A stretch of 64,000 nt of DNA from NCBI GenBank assembly GCA_021613535.1, contig CP075494.1:13330001-13394000 (forward strand), read 5' to 3'. Every line of letters begins with the position of its first letter. The first letter of the stretch is position 1. The notes under the pieces are model-generated. The model was not told where the DNA came from and did not search any database. It saw nothing but the letters and a program-made list of their open reading frames with translations. The stretch comes from Adineta vaga (taxonomy: Eukaryota; Animalia; Rotifera). Positions 10,595-24,899 of the stretch are shown here, piece by piece. The translations under genes were made by a program, and so were the position numbers.

Positions 10595-13297
10595 ATGAAC
10601 AGTAAAAACAAGCAGCAAACGCCAACAAAAACCGATAAATTTTATAATAATCCATTGTACAGATTACTTTCGAATCGAACATTGAATTCAAATGAACTTT
10701 TAGAACAACTCAATTCATTACTCCACGAACAACCTGATCTAGTCGAGTTTACACATCCAAAAGAAGGATCTTATTTTCATGTTGTTTGTCACAATTTCAA
10801 TCGACAAGAGAAGTAAACTATTTATTTCGTTGATTTCAATCAATTGTGATTCTTTTCTTTTACGTTTAGTATTGCTTACAGAATAATCTATGCATTGAGC
10901 AATGCTGGTGGTGATCCAAATGTAACAGATAAAAAAGGTAACACAGCATTACATGAAGTTATTAAAGAAGGATTATTCAATAACAATTTTGATTTAATTC
11001 AAGTATGAAACATCTCTCAATTGATAGAATTTATATATGTTCGATTTAGGCATTGTTTCGTATTGGTATCGATCCACGTATTGTAAATCGTGATGGTAAA
11101 ACAGCAAGTGATTATATTAAAAATAAACCTCAATTAACAACTTTTTACAATGCTTACGGTGAAGGTATTTGGGATGCAATTGAAATGAATGATTTGAAAG
11201 AAACTCAACGATTAATGAATGGTAAATATCGAAGAATAGTGAACTTTTTCTATCAAAATAAAAACATATTTTTTAGGTTTTATTAAAGTTGATTGTAAAC
11301 ATAATTCAAATAAGACTTTATTAGATAAAGCTCGTGATCTAAATTCAACATTCATGATTGATGTTCTTGCTGATTATCAAGTAACAACTGAATTTGTTCA
11401 TTCAATATTAGCATTCGATTGGGATCGAGCAAGTCTAATTTATGAACATGAAAAAGAATTTTTCAAACCAAATTCAATGGATTCAATTCATCGATTAACT
11501 TCTCTTCGACAATATTCAAAATCATTGTTAGATTATTGTCTTGAAAGTCAATGTTCGAAACCATTTGAAATTTTATTTCATTCGCCATTAATTTCAATCA
11601 ATGTGAATATCTTATGTACTGATGGTTTACCATTTTTCTTTCATTGTTTTCAATCGTTCATATCGAAAGATATTCGTAATAATATTCTATTAAATTCCAA
11701 TATGTTAACAAAATCATCCAAAGGTGAAACATTTCTCTTTCATCTAATTCATTTATATTCTCTAAATACCAATCCGGACTATATTCATCTTTTCAAAAAC
11801 ATCATAATCAACAATCCATTACTTATTGCACAACGAAATGAAGATGAACGAACTATAGTTGAAGTAATCGAATTGAGTACATCAATGAATTTATACAGTA
11901 AATTACGACCATTCTATGATGCAATCAAACATTTAATAGTTTTACAATTGAAAAATGATTCTGTTATTGAACAATTAATTTTAAATTCTTTTGGTTATGA
12001 TTTAATTATTTTCTGTCGAAATAAAACATTCTTAATGACAAAATATGTTTATCGATTATTGCGTAATTTAAAATTACAACATGGTCTAACTGTATGGATA
12101 TCAAGTTTTCTTCGAGCTGTTGCGACAAATGATTTAATGAAAATTGAATATATTTTAAAATTAAAATCTAATATTTATCTTGCAAACGATTCATTCGGAA
12201 GAACTTGTGCACATGTAGCAGTCCTTCATCAACAACATGATATTTTGAAGTAAGCAAAATCGATGAGATTTCAATTCGTAACTCAGTGAAATAGTCGAGT
12301 GTATAAAAGAAACTTGTCTGTTACTAAGCATCGCTAATGTTTATCACTTCATTGATATATCATGTAAATTATTCCATTTGTACTCAAAATAGAGTTTTAA
12401 CAAAATGAACTCAATTGAATATTTTTAGATTCTTTGCTGAAAAATATCCGAATGTAATCAATTCAAAAGATAATATGAATCGAACATGTTTTCATTATGC
12501 TTGTTTGATGAATGATATGAAATCGATTGAAATTCTTGAACAAATTCAAGCTATTCAAGTAGGAAATTAGGAAATTCTTTTGCATAGATTTTCTTCAACT
12601 TATTTTTTAGTCGATTGATGGTTTAAATTTTACTCCGAATGATTATTTATTGAATCATAAATTATGTTTCAAAGAATTTTATATCGATGATTTTTCCAAA
12701 GTTGAATTACAACGAAAATCATTGGCAATGAGTAATTTCTTAAAGATTGTTTTTTATCCAAGTTTAAAAAAAGCAATTGAAACAAGTTCGATCGAGGATA
12801 TAAAATTACTTAATAGTGATTTAACGAAAATGGGTTGTCATTTGAAAGATTTCAATCCAATTTCTCAATCAAATGATTTTGTACAAGGTCAACGATATAT
12901 TCCATTTCTATTTGTTGGACTTGAACATCGAGCTATATTAGCAATCAAATGTTTATTACAATTAGGTTTACCATTCGTCGGAAAAATTTATATGATGAGA
13001 AATCAATTAAATCAATATTTTCTATCGAAATATTTTTCTTTGCGACCAGATATACTTCAGTGTTTTGATATTGTGGAATTGATCGATGGTATTAATGATG
13101 ATGATGAATTAAAAGATGCATTTAAACAAGAATTACCATCGACAGAAACAGGAACGAATGGAACTTTGGTAAAAATCGAACATGAACATCGAATGAAATT
13201 AAAAATATTAGCAAGAAGACAAATGATCTTAGCCAATCTAATAAATGGAGATAAAAAAACTGACATTAATAATTCAAAATCGTGTGTTATACTTTGA
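10595..13297 (+). CDS. Multi-exon ankyrin-repeat protein with C-terminal CaaX box (CVIL)
   Basis: Ankyrin motifs GDPNVTDKKGNTALHE, DPRIVNRDGKTASDY, DSFGRTCAHVAV and KDNMNRTCFHYAC. Ends ...SKSCVIL*. Confidence 0.8.
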
Positions 13298-13756
13298 AAC
13301 AAAAAGCGAAGAAACTTTTATATGTATCATTGATTATATTAAACAAAAAATATTAAGATTTTTTTTTTCGAATCATTAAAAAAGAATTTGTTTTTCTCAC
13401 AACAATTGATAGACAGAAAAGATGCAACTCGGTTGTACCATTAAAGCCATGATTTGATTGATTTAATGTAAAAACACTTTTGGATGATTCTTTCAAACGG
13501 AAGGATATTTATTTGTACTTTTCAAAGATCGAGATTCGACTATATTAGATACCTTTGTTTATTACATAGAGGTAATTTGATTTATTAAAAGAAAATGTGT
13601 TAATAATGAATACTACCTATAAGAAATACAGAATATGTACCTCGAAGAAACTGATTTCTTTCTTGGTACTTTCTGCACTTGTTATTTGTTAAAAATGAAA
13701 ATTAATATTTAGTGAATGTCTATATGTCTTTTCAACGAGGGTTTTTTTCTATTTGT

Positions 13757-15354
13757 TTACGATCGTATACATTGAGTATTGTCGGTTAGTTCATGTGGAC
13801 AATCAACTTTTTTGAATGTCATTGATGGATTATCAGCATTTTGAAACCATTGAAAACGCCAATAACAACCAGGTCTTAAGACAGCTGGTAAATTTTCACA
13901 TTGTCCTATGCTGCTAACACCACCATATCTTGCACCCCATAGATCTATATTAGTAATTCCAAATTGTCTTGAACAACCATCGAACAAACCAAGACCACCA
14001 CCAGGCATTTGAAGATCAAAATGATTGTTACCAAGATCACCACCTGTATTTGTTACTTGAACCATCATTTTCTTACCAGTAACAGGTCCAGATGTAAATG
14101 TTAATAAATAGCAAGCACAACACCAATCTGATTCACCTTGGTTCTATAGAAAACAGAACAAAAATGTATTACTGTTTAATAAGAACTTCTTTTTGCCTCT
14201 TACACTTATGTGAGCAGCAGCATAACCGAATGAGAAAGTTGAATTAACACTCCATGGTTGTTGATTATTACACATAGAAGATTCACCACCATCGCAAACC
14301 GATACAGCGTTAGCGTCGATTGAATCAACACCATTTTTTTTACATGATTGAACCGGACTTGATACAGAAGCTTTGCCTGGCCATGCACAGCTGGCTTTAC
14401 AACAATCCCAATAACGAGTGGTAACACCAGCTTGTTCATTACCATTGTTTGCTTGTGTTGACGAGGATGAAGATGATGATGATGAACCAGCAGAACTACT
14501 GGTAGTAGATGGTGGAGTTGCGGTTGGATTTCCATTCGGTAAACATTGATAATAGTAGTCATTTAAATAATTACATGCAGATCCATCGCAACATGTTGTT
14601 GAACCATAATAATTTATGCCACCACATTGTTGATACATAACAACGCAATTTTCTAAAAATCAAATTAAACAGTTTATTTATTAAACTATGGTTCTGTACT
14701 TACGATTTGCTGCGCTGCTAGAGCTTGTTGTACTCTGAGTAGTCGTTGTGGTACTTTGAGTGGTAGTTGCGGTGCTTTGAGTTGTAGTCGTGGTACTTTG
14801 AGTGGTAGTTGCGGTGCTTTGAGTTGTAGTCGTGGTACTTTGAGTGGTAGTTGTAGTGCTTTGGGTTGTTGTTGTTGTTGTAGTTGTTGTATCAGGTAAA
14901 CATTGTGAATAATAGGGATTAGAGACGATACATGCTGAATCGATACAGCATGTAGCTCCTCCCCAATTTTGACCACCACATTGACTGTAGACGGTATTAC
15001 AACCTATTTATATTTATTACTACGTTGAATAGAACAATAATTTCTTATCATTATTACCTTGATTGGCGGTGGTAGTGCTTGTTGTTGTTGTGGTGGTGCT
15101 GATAGTGGATGCCGTTGTTCCTTGTAAACATTGATGATACCAAGGGTTAAGTTCTGTACATGTCAATGAATCGCAACATGATGTATCACCAGAATAATTG
15201 ATACCACCACATTGATTCCATTCAGCTACACATGGTACTATAGAATAGAATCATAAATGCTGAGTATTTCAAATAGGTTTGATATATTATGTTTCTTACT
15301 TGTTTTCGGTAAATTGGAAAATCCAATGAGTAATATAAGAACAAATTTTAACAT
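13757..15354 (-). CDS. Secreted GH45 endo-1,4-beta-glucanase with three N-terminal CBM1 modules and Thr/Ser linkers (fungal-type)
   Basis: Signal peptide [13 protein letters not shown]. Three CBM1 modules: WNQCGG..YHQCL, YSQCGG..YYSQCL, YQQCGG..YYYQCL. GH45 motifs [23 protein letters not shown] and [22 protein letters not shown], with both catalytic Asp present. Five exons. Confidence 0.96.
14736..14890 (-). repeat. 21-nt tandem repeat (42-nt higher order) encoding a [14 protein letters not shown] linker
   Basis: Repeated gtactttgagtggtagttgcggtgctttgagttgtagtcgtg units inside the cellulase exon 3. Confidence 0.9.
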
Positions 15355-17638
15355 CGTTCCTCGTTACTAGAGTATCTAACACACGAATTACTAATTACTT
15401 TCCTCTTAATAACTGTCGATTCTTACCTTCAATTATAAAAGTTTGACAAAATTGAGTTTTTTCGCTTTCTTGAGTTTGTGTTGTTGTTGCAATACTATTT
15501 ATACCCTTACCTAGCAACTTTCCGTTGCCAACCTTTCGTTTTTTTCTTCTACTTGATGACGAACTTGTTTTTGTAGTTGTCAATCAAAATTAATAAATGT
15601 ACTTTTTCTCTTTCGTTCAGCGTTTATTTTAGGATCCAAAATAGAAGAAATAAAAGTAAACATAAAAATGCTGTTGAATAATTATCGGGTAGATTCGTTG
15701 ATATGGTGAATGATAATATCTTGTTTCTGCTTATTTTAGTAATGTATGTCATGCTTTTCAAAAACATACTACGGCATCAATATATTGCATAACATGTTCG
15801 TGAATATGAAGTTCATTTGGTTCTCTGTTAATATAGAGTTCAAATATATATATATATATAATAATTTCGATTGTTTCTGATGAATTCTCAATAATGTTCT
15901 ATCACATTTTGATCATGAATCCTTATTAGTAGATCAAACCTTGTTTTTTTTTCGTTAGGTACGTTTGAAGCAAAAACAAAATTTCGAGGTTGAATGTCAT
16001 TCAAGTGCATGAAAAAATTGATTCGTTTTTAAGGACATTTTTTTCGTCAATAACATAACGACGTTTATATTAACTCATTACGTTCTATTTCTCTCTTCTG
16101 CATGCCCTCATAACCTTTTCGATCGTATATGTATGCAACCAAACTATTTGTTTTTTGTTGTTGTTAATCAATCCTCTTCACTGTTTTGATGTTTTCGTTA
16201 CTTATATAACGCATAATCACTGCTTTTAAGAACATAAGCTATTATAGATTCAACATTTGTTTTTCTCTAACGAAAAGGCTAGATTTAGTTTTATAATTTG
16301 AAATAATGATGATTAATACTATTCATATATTCAAATGTCACCTGTTGCCGAAAGTTAGATGATAAATGAATTGTCCATTATTCATATTCATATTTCTTTT
16401 CCACTTCATTGAACAAGTTGTTGCTCTTTTGTATAAAAGATGATGGTATCTTTATAATCTTAGTCATTAGTCTTTGTTTGAAATCAAAAATAGGTCAATG
16501 ATATGTTGCAAGTATTTGTATTTGATTTCCTTTCTCTTCGAGACATCAATCATGATTTTTTTTCTTCGTCTTTCTATTGATCAAGTGGAGATGACTACAG
16601 ATGATATGATCGATATTCCCGTCTTTGATAGAAAATGATCGATATTTTTTCTGGTATATTATCTCTATCGATGAGAGAATAACTAGAATGTGTTATTCAT
16701 TCAATTGAAAACATCAATCACAATGCGGTTATCATAGAAAGTATTCACTTAAGAAATAAGTGAGAATTGTTCTCTGAGATTTAATTTACTTCTGTATAAG
16801 TCACACTTAGATAATCTGTAACTAATATCATCTTCTGGGAAGATATGAGTGTATAACTAATCATCGAAAAATTTGACTGTCATTCTCAGCATTGTCTAAT
16901 GTGAATTGTTGATCAAATTTAAGTGTTAATGAAATGAAATTCTGTCAATAACAGATGTTGTTACCTGAAACTTTCTTTTTGTCCTTCTATTTTCTTTTCA
17001 TAAATAATATGGTCATATTTTATTCTAAAAGCCTATCACACATTCATAGAAGCGAGAAAAGACATTATTTTTCTTTGAAATCTATCTATCTGTACAAGCA
17101 TGCATGTCTGATGTATGTATGTATGTATGTATGTGTGGCTGTCTGTCTGTCTGTTCGTTATGTTATGTTAGAAGATAGATAAGTGAGTATCAATTCGTTA
17201 TGCATGTCCAATCAAACAGGTGACAGTCAGACATTTATACTACTATTCTCTTGAGAGATCTCTTCTTCAACTTTTTCTTCTGTCTACATTGTCTATTCTT
17301 TATCTTTCGTATTTTAAGCTGATTGATTGAGGAGGCTTGCAATCTGTCGAAATTGACCTTTTTCTTTTTGCTGTTCAATACACATATCTCTTATGTATAT
17401 CGAAATGAAATCGATCTCTTTACGTCTCTCTGATAGAGTATTGAAAATTGAGCTTCTTACATTGTGTACATAGAGACTAAATGACATATATACATATATA
17501 CACTTTTTTTTTCAATTATATATATTTAAAATTTAACCTTTCTTTTGTCGTCTGTGTCATGCAATATATATTGCTAGTGATTATTAGTTCTAAATCTGGA
17601 TGTCGCCGTCAATGATTGCTGGAGGGAAATAAGCGAAG

Positions 17639-17640
<2 letters not shown>

Positions 17641-17674
<34 letters not shown>
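17641..17674. repeat. (GA)n microsatellite
   Basis: Perfect GA run visible in sequence. Confidence 0.95.
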
Positions 17675-17676
<2 letters not shown>

Positions 17677-20600
17677 ATTGCAACTTTATTATTACTATTC
17701 TAGAGCAATCAAAGGAAAACATGAATAGTAGAGAAAGTTAACTAGTGCTTTTGTAGGTTAAAGGTGCCGAAAGTGACTGCTACCACCCTAGTCATTATAC
17801 CAAAAGAAAATGAACAAAAAGAAGAAAAAAACAGAATGCTTCTGGCTGTGCGCGTGTGCTCTTCGATTGTTCCCATCATCACCTACGTTTGATGTATATC
17901 GCCTTTATTTTGTGCTTAATGATCGCTGTCGTTCAAACATCTGTCTCATTGACAAGATATTCTTCTTTCGTTCTTATTGCATAAGATTGGCGACAAGAGG
18001 CAGATGTGAACAGAATGATAGAAAGCAAACTAGATGCAGGGCGGAGTTAGCATGTGTTGTAATTGAATAGAATGACATTTGGTATCTTGAACTAGTGGCA
18101 TAGCTATTGTTTGTCTACGACGTGTGGCTCGTCATTCATACATATTTGTACAATCATTCAACATACAGTGATAATTGCAATGTTGATATCTAATCAAATG
18201 CCAATCAATGAATAGGAGTTCTATTTAATTGATCCACATCAAAAATTCAATTATCTTGACCATACAAGACGAAGATTTTCGTTATTAAAGAAAATGAAAT
18301 AGATCTGTCAATCATTTTCCTCACTAGAAAAACAGTGATGGGATACATGTGGTGGTCAAAGATTGAGATAAGAATGTAGAGTAGCCTTGAGATAAAACAA
18401 GAGCTTAATTGTGAATCTGCTTTATCTGAATGTAATGATGAACATTTACAGATGTGTATGTATGGACAGCATGAACATAGCAGTTAAAAATAACAAACGA
18501 ACTGCTATCGTACGTGTGTCATCACCATCAACATATGATTAGGAATGCGAATTGATTTTGCCACATATATACATAAATGACCGTAGGACAAGAAAACGAG
18601 AGAGAGAGAGAAAAAGATTTGTGGATCTTTGTCTTCTTCACTTCTATATAACTCAACAGGAGAAGAAGAAGAAGAAGAGAGAAAGAGAAGGACATTAATG
18701 GAGTGTCAATGAACGACACACACAGCTGGTGCGCACACACTCTCAAGAAGGTAAGTAAGGGAGCCATCTGTACAATGAGTAGGTGGAAAGTACTTGAACA
18801 TTTTACTTTGTCTTAACACTTCTATTAAAAATCCCCAAGTATGCCCTACTAGATATAATTTTCATACATTAAATCTTTAAAAAAAACAGGAAATGTTTAT
18901 TGATAAAGATTAACAAATTGAAGAAAAAAAATGTAGCATCTATAGGTGAAATAACACTTCATACCATATCGTCTAATGGTATTTTTCACACGTTAATGCA
19001 TTTACATTTAATGTAGACAAATATCTCGACACTTTTCTTTTTGTTCTACTTTCAAACAAAAACATACATCATTTTCTATGACTTCATCTTCTTTATTTTC
19101 ATACAATTGAATTTCATGACCGACTCTTATATAGTTTCAATACTTAAATCTCGATCATCATCATCATCATCATCACACTTCTTCACGTTTAATAGTTCCT
19201 AAGACTTCATACAAGTATGTATATAAATATATACACATATGAACATTGGTTGTCGTAACAATAACAACTTTCTCCCTCCCTTACTCTAATTGTTCACTGT
19301 TTAAGCCGTTTTCTTTCTCTTTTAACTGCTTCGAATAGACGCCAATTGTATATAAGAACAATTGAAAAATAAAGTTACTATTGTCTGGACGGTACCGAAA
19401 AGAGAAGAAGGAAATCGTTAGGGTACCACCCCACTAGAGAATATTCTTATGTATATGTATATATTGAACACATTCGATTAGCACAAATGAGTTACATGAA
19501 CATTTCTTTTACTCTTTTTCTCTCTCTCTCTCCCTCTCTGTCTTTTATTTTATGGGAAATGTCACATCATAGTGACGTGTCGAATACAAATAGAGTTTCT
19601 TTTTAAACTGATTGAATGAGCGCTATCATCCTCTTTTCTCTCTTGTTACTGATTGAAAATCCATTTAGCGCTCGTCTGTATAATCCATCCGGCATGTCAC
19701 TTTCTCGTTACACATGAATTCGCCTTTTTCTCTCGTTCTAGATGATACATTTTTCAATTAGCATCGCTATCGATACGTTTGTGAATATCTCGACCTCCTG
19801 TCGGTCGTTTTGATGAACAAAGTCGAAATGACGAGGTTAATTGTAAGGCGATAAAGAATGACACTCTCTTGTTTCAATATACAATAAATGAAGGATTAGA
19901 AAGATTCTCTATTCTCTTTCACATTTGTTCATTTACTCTCTGCATCAGTGAGAATTTTCGCGCTCTTGTTCTTTCTTTCTCTCTCTCTCTCTTCCTCTCT
20001 TTCCTTTTCTCCTTCTCTCAGTGCATTCGTTCATTCATTCATCCATCCATCATTTTATAACTCTTTACCCCATACTGGGCCGTGGCGAGTATGACCTTCT
20101 TCTTTCTATCATATATCTATTCAAAAGTATATTATAAAGGTAAGGATAAGTCTTCGCTGTTTTATTTCGTACACTCGGAAATCAGTAGGTGAATCCATGA
20201 AAGGAAACGAAAAGCGTGAGGTATTCTTAATTGCAATATATTTTAACTTGATAAATCAATTTGTCATCATCTTCTTTACTTTATGTCTGTTTCGTATTCC
20301 GCGATATGCATATATCTTGTGTTGAGTGAATAAGATACATCAAGATTATCTTCTATCTGTCTGAATATGTTTGTTTCATCTCGTCTCTTCCCGGAGGCGG
20401 CTCTCAACAACAATAACAGCTGTAATTTGTGAAGGTAAAGTTCTCAGAATAGACAGTGAAGATATAGATGCTTCAAGTTTTTTATTTACACACATGACTC
20501 AGCGTGTGTCGATACAATGCATTTGATTCATATCAAACTCATCATTCATTTCTAATTTCTAAGAGTATAACTTTGTATTTCGTCGGTATATATTTTGATT

Positions 20601-21261
20601 AAAGGCTATAAAAAAAGAAGATGAAGAAGACAAATGGTGATGCGAAGTGATCAAGTGTGTAGATCATATAGATGAATATCAATGATAAGTATCATCATGG
20701 TCACACGAATCAGAAAAGGTGTGAGAGTTAAATCTCGAAAATTATAACTGCTGTCGATTGAAATGATCGATTATCATTATGATTGTGTTCAATTTCTTAT
20801 TGACATGCAACATTCTTTTCTCTCTCTCTCTCTCTCTCTTTCTCGTCGATGTTAGTTGTATACAAACAAAAAGCTTTATTTGTTCATATTTTTAAGGTTT
20901 AATAGTAAATGAGAAGTGGATGGATTGTGTACAGGACGTGATGCAATCAGCATCACTCGTCGTCGTATTCGTGTGTCCGAAAGGCTAAAAGCTCTTCTTT
21001 ATGTTTGTTAAGACACATACATGTATATGAAAGGAAATAGTCGAGTGGAGGTATGTCTACAATGAAGACACAGTTTGTTTCGAAGTTGTCTTATGTAAAC
21101 AATGACATTCTTTTCGTAGAATGTGCTTATGTATGTGTATGAAGCTTTATTTTCAATGTCCGGATGTTTAAGGATAAAAAAGGATATAGAGAGAAGGATT
21201 TTTATTCTTCTTGAACAAATCATTAACTAGTTGAATATATCTTTTGTTTAAATTCTAGATA

Positions 21262-23723
21262 ATGCCATTGAACATTTTTCTAATCTTTTTTCTTCTTACT
21301 CCAATATTGTCAATTAATCTTCTTGATTTATGCCAATCAGGAATTCGTGATGATGGTTCAAATTATGTTCATTGTGCACGAAAATCACTTTCGGAAATTC
21401 CACATTTTTCATCCCATCGTTTATTTAATTTAGCATTTGATGAACTTATTCTTTCGGATAATGCTATCACACATATTCATGCGAATGCCTTCAATGGTTT
21501 ACGTATTAAACGTTTAATTATGTCCGGTAATCGTTTAAAATCTATTGATAAAAATGCCTTTCGAGAATTGGAAAATTATCTGGAACAATTAACATTAGAA
21601 TTTGATCCATCAATTGTTGATACAATACCTGAAGCAATTCAAACAAATCTTGCAAATATACGAAGTTTAACATTAACTGGATTGAATCTACGAAATTTAC
21701 CAGTCAATGTTTTTGAACAAATGAAAAAATTAGAAATTCTATCATTAAAATCTTGTAATTTACAAACAATTGAATCGGATGCATTTCATTCAATTGAAAA
21801 ACAATTAAGACATCTTTATTTAGATTATAATCAACTTGATTATCGAATATCAAATGTTATGAAACATTTAACAACATTAGAAACATTATCTATATCACAT
21901 AATCGTCTTAATCAATATGAATTGAAATTAATCAATAAAAATCTTCGATATTTAGATTTATCTTATAATGGTTTAGCAAAATTATTCTTAGCAAATATGT
22001 CCAATTTACAAATTTTAAATGTACAAAATAATCTTCTAACATCCGAACAAATTATTGGTTCAATACCTAATCAATTAAAAGAATTAATATTAGATTTTAA
22101 TTCTATTCGAACATTTAATGGAAATTTTCTTATCGAAAATAATTCATTAGAAACTTTATCTTTACAAAGTAATGATTTTTTATTGAATTATTCATCAATA
22201 TTTCAACATTTAAATAATCTTAAACGATTAAATCTAGCTAGAAATAATATTCAAACAATACCAAAAGGTAAATATCTTCTCTCTTCGAGAATTGACAGAA
22301 AGGAAGGAAGGAAGAGACTTGTAAATACAGACAAATCAAGATAGACATTGTTATTTTCTTTCTTTTTCTTTTTCAAATAGGTTTATTTAATTTTACTCGT
22401 TCACTTGAACATTTAAATATGGATCGTAATCCATTACTACCATTATCAATTGATACATTCATTGGTATTGAATTATCTTTACGTAATATTAGTTTTCAAT
22501 CATGTTCATTAACATCAAATTCTTTACCAGCATTTTCTCGTTTGATTAATCTTGAACGTTTAAAACTTCAATCAAATTTATTAATTGATATTCAACCTAA
22601 TACTTTCTTTTCATCAATGTCACAACTTATTGCAATTGATTTACAACGTAATCAATTGACACATATTCCATCAGAATTTCCTTCATCATTACGTGAATTA
22701 GAATTAGGAAATAATCATCTAACAATTTTACCATTTACGAATCAAACATTTCAACAACTATCTCAATTAATTACATTAGATTTGAATTCAAATCCATTAC
22801 AATGTGATTGTCAAATCAAACCATTATATCATTGGTTATTAACACATTTTCAATCTGAATTAGTTCCTTATGTACAATGGATATGTGCACAACCTAAAGA
22901 ACTTTCTGGTAAACAATTAGGTTCCTTAGCAGAAAAACAATTGAAATGTGAAGAGATTCAAACAACAACAACAACAACAACAACAGTAGAATTTAGTACT
23001 CAAGTAACAACTGAAATGGAATTGTTTCCTTCATTTAATGTTTGGTTAAAAGATTCAGAAACAGCTATTCTTGAATGGTCCTATGTATCAAGTCCATTGA
23101 AATTAATTGTACATGAAAATGGTTATAAATTACCAATACTCGTTTTAAATTCCAGTGAAAGTTATTTTCTTTTGGAAAAATTGAAATCATCGACAAATTA
23201 TACTTTATGTCTTCAAATAAAACAACAAAATTTATGTCGAGATTTACAAACACCATTGAAATCTCCTCGACAAAAAGTATTATCTCTCTCTTCTTCATCA
23301 AATTCATTTGAAAAACCATCATTGATGAATGATATTCAATATCTAATCACCGGTATTGCTTGTGGAATTATCGTTGTATTACTTATTCTTCTCTTAGTTG
23401 TTATCTTTCTCATTAAATATCGTACAAAATTTCCTCATCATCATTCATCAAAAACAATTGCTACTGATTCTTTCTATCAAACAACTGGTTCTGATACAAC
23501 ACAAATAGGTGGATCGTGTTCGATTGAAGACCGTTCAACAAATGGAAGTACAAATCAACCATCATCATTAACACCGATGTTTTATTATTGTCGTTCACCA
23601 CCGATTTCGACTTGTTGTCAAGAACAACAACCATATCATTTCTATCATGAAATTCCTTTTACGACATCATCGACTCAGTTACATCCACCGCCATGTCTAT
23701 GCAGGCCACCTATGATAATTTAA
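21262..23723 (+). CDS. Type I transmembrane LRR protein (signal peptide, LRRs, LRRCT, FN3-like domain, TM helix, cytoplasmic tail)
   Basis: Many LxxLxLxxNxL repeats, LRRCT NPLQCDCQIKPL...C, FN3-like LKSSTNYTLCL, and TM segment ITGIACGIIVVLLILLLVVIFLI. One phase-1 intron at 22268-22380. Confidence 0.9.
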
Positions 23724-24899
23724 ATTTTCATTTTGTTGTTTTCTGTTTTTCGAACAGTTGTTTTTCTTTTGTCTTCACTAGTCAGATATGCGCCGTACAT
23801 TTTTGTTATTTTTCGTGCTTCACTCAAAGAACATCATTATGTGTCTTATCGATTGAAAAATATCTCATTAAATCGTGTCAATTTTTACACATTTATCTCT
23901 CTCTGTACATATATACAATGTGTGAAATCATTTGTAAGCAAATGGTGAACTAGATTGAATGGAAGAAGAAGATAGGACAGATGACAGATGGATGAATTGA
24001 AAGACATTTGATGAGAAAGATATGTGCAATCGAGCATGATGATGATGATGCACCATATGTGATTCAAAGTTTATATGAACAATTTGTTTCAAATTTGTTG
24101 TTGATTGAATGATGATATTCACAGCAATGATAATTTTTGTCATGAGAATATTATATCACTGACAAATTAGTACGTGTTAGAGAAATTTTAACTAATTGTT
24201 CAAGAACAAATGAAACTATGGATACAAATGACTGAATTATTATGGTGACGCAGATACACTAATTCATCTTGAAGAATCGAAGCTTTCCATGAAACTATGA
24301 TAATAGATTTATTGCTATCAAATAATTATATTGACATTGGAGATTCAATGAGGTTTAACTGTTTTTCTAAAAATGTGTTTCGTTTACTGATCAACTATAA
24401 TTTTATTGTGTGAGATGGGTGTGTTTTTGCAACGAAAATATTGTATGACTCAAACAGCAGTCACTGTCGAACAATTTTACTGCATAAAATATCTTTGACG
24501 ATAATTACTGTTTTTCTTTTCATTTCGTTTATTTTTTGCATTCATGCGTTACCAATGACGCGTGTCCGTGGATAAGATTTAGTAAAGAAAAGAAAGATAA
24601 AACGAGAAAATTTTTCTTTTCGCGCAGTAGCCATAACCAAACTCATACGTTTAGTAATAATCGGGATGAGAGGATAATATTATCAATAGGTTTGTAGTTA
24701 AATGCAGTAAGTAAGTTTGTGATATTTTCATATAATAGAGATAAATTCAATCAAGTTTTGTGGCGGATGAGAGTCGGAGAAGACAGATGTACTTGTATCA
24801 TTATAATTGAGATAAATATATTCAGATCTTTTATTTTATAGATATCAACAAAGTGATCTAAACCTATCTTCCGATGCATAATCACAAAAAGTGATATTC

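Noticed and set aside
23885-24350. Searched for the missing 5' half of the SDR on the left of the NLR gene
   Set aside because: No TGxxxGxG or NNAG-like motif found by eye, so a clean split by insertion cannot be claimed.
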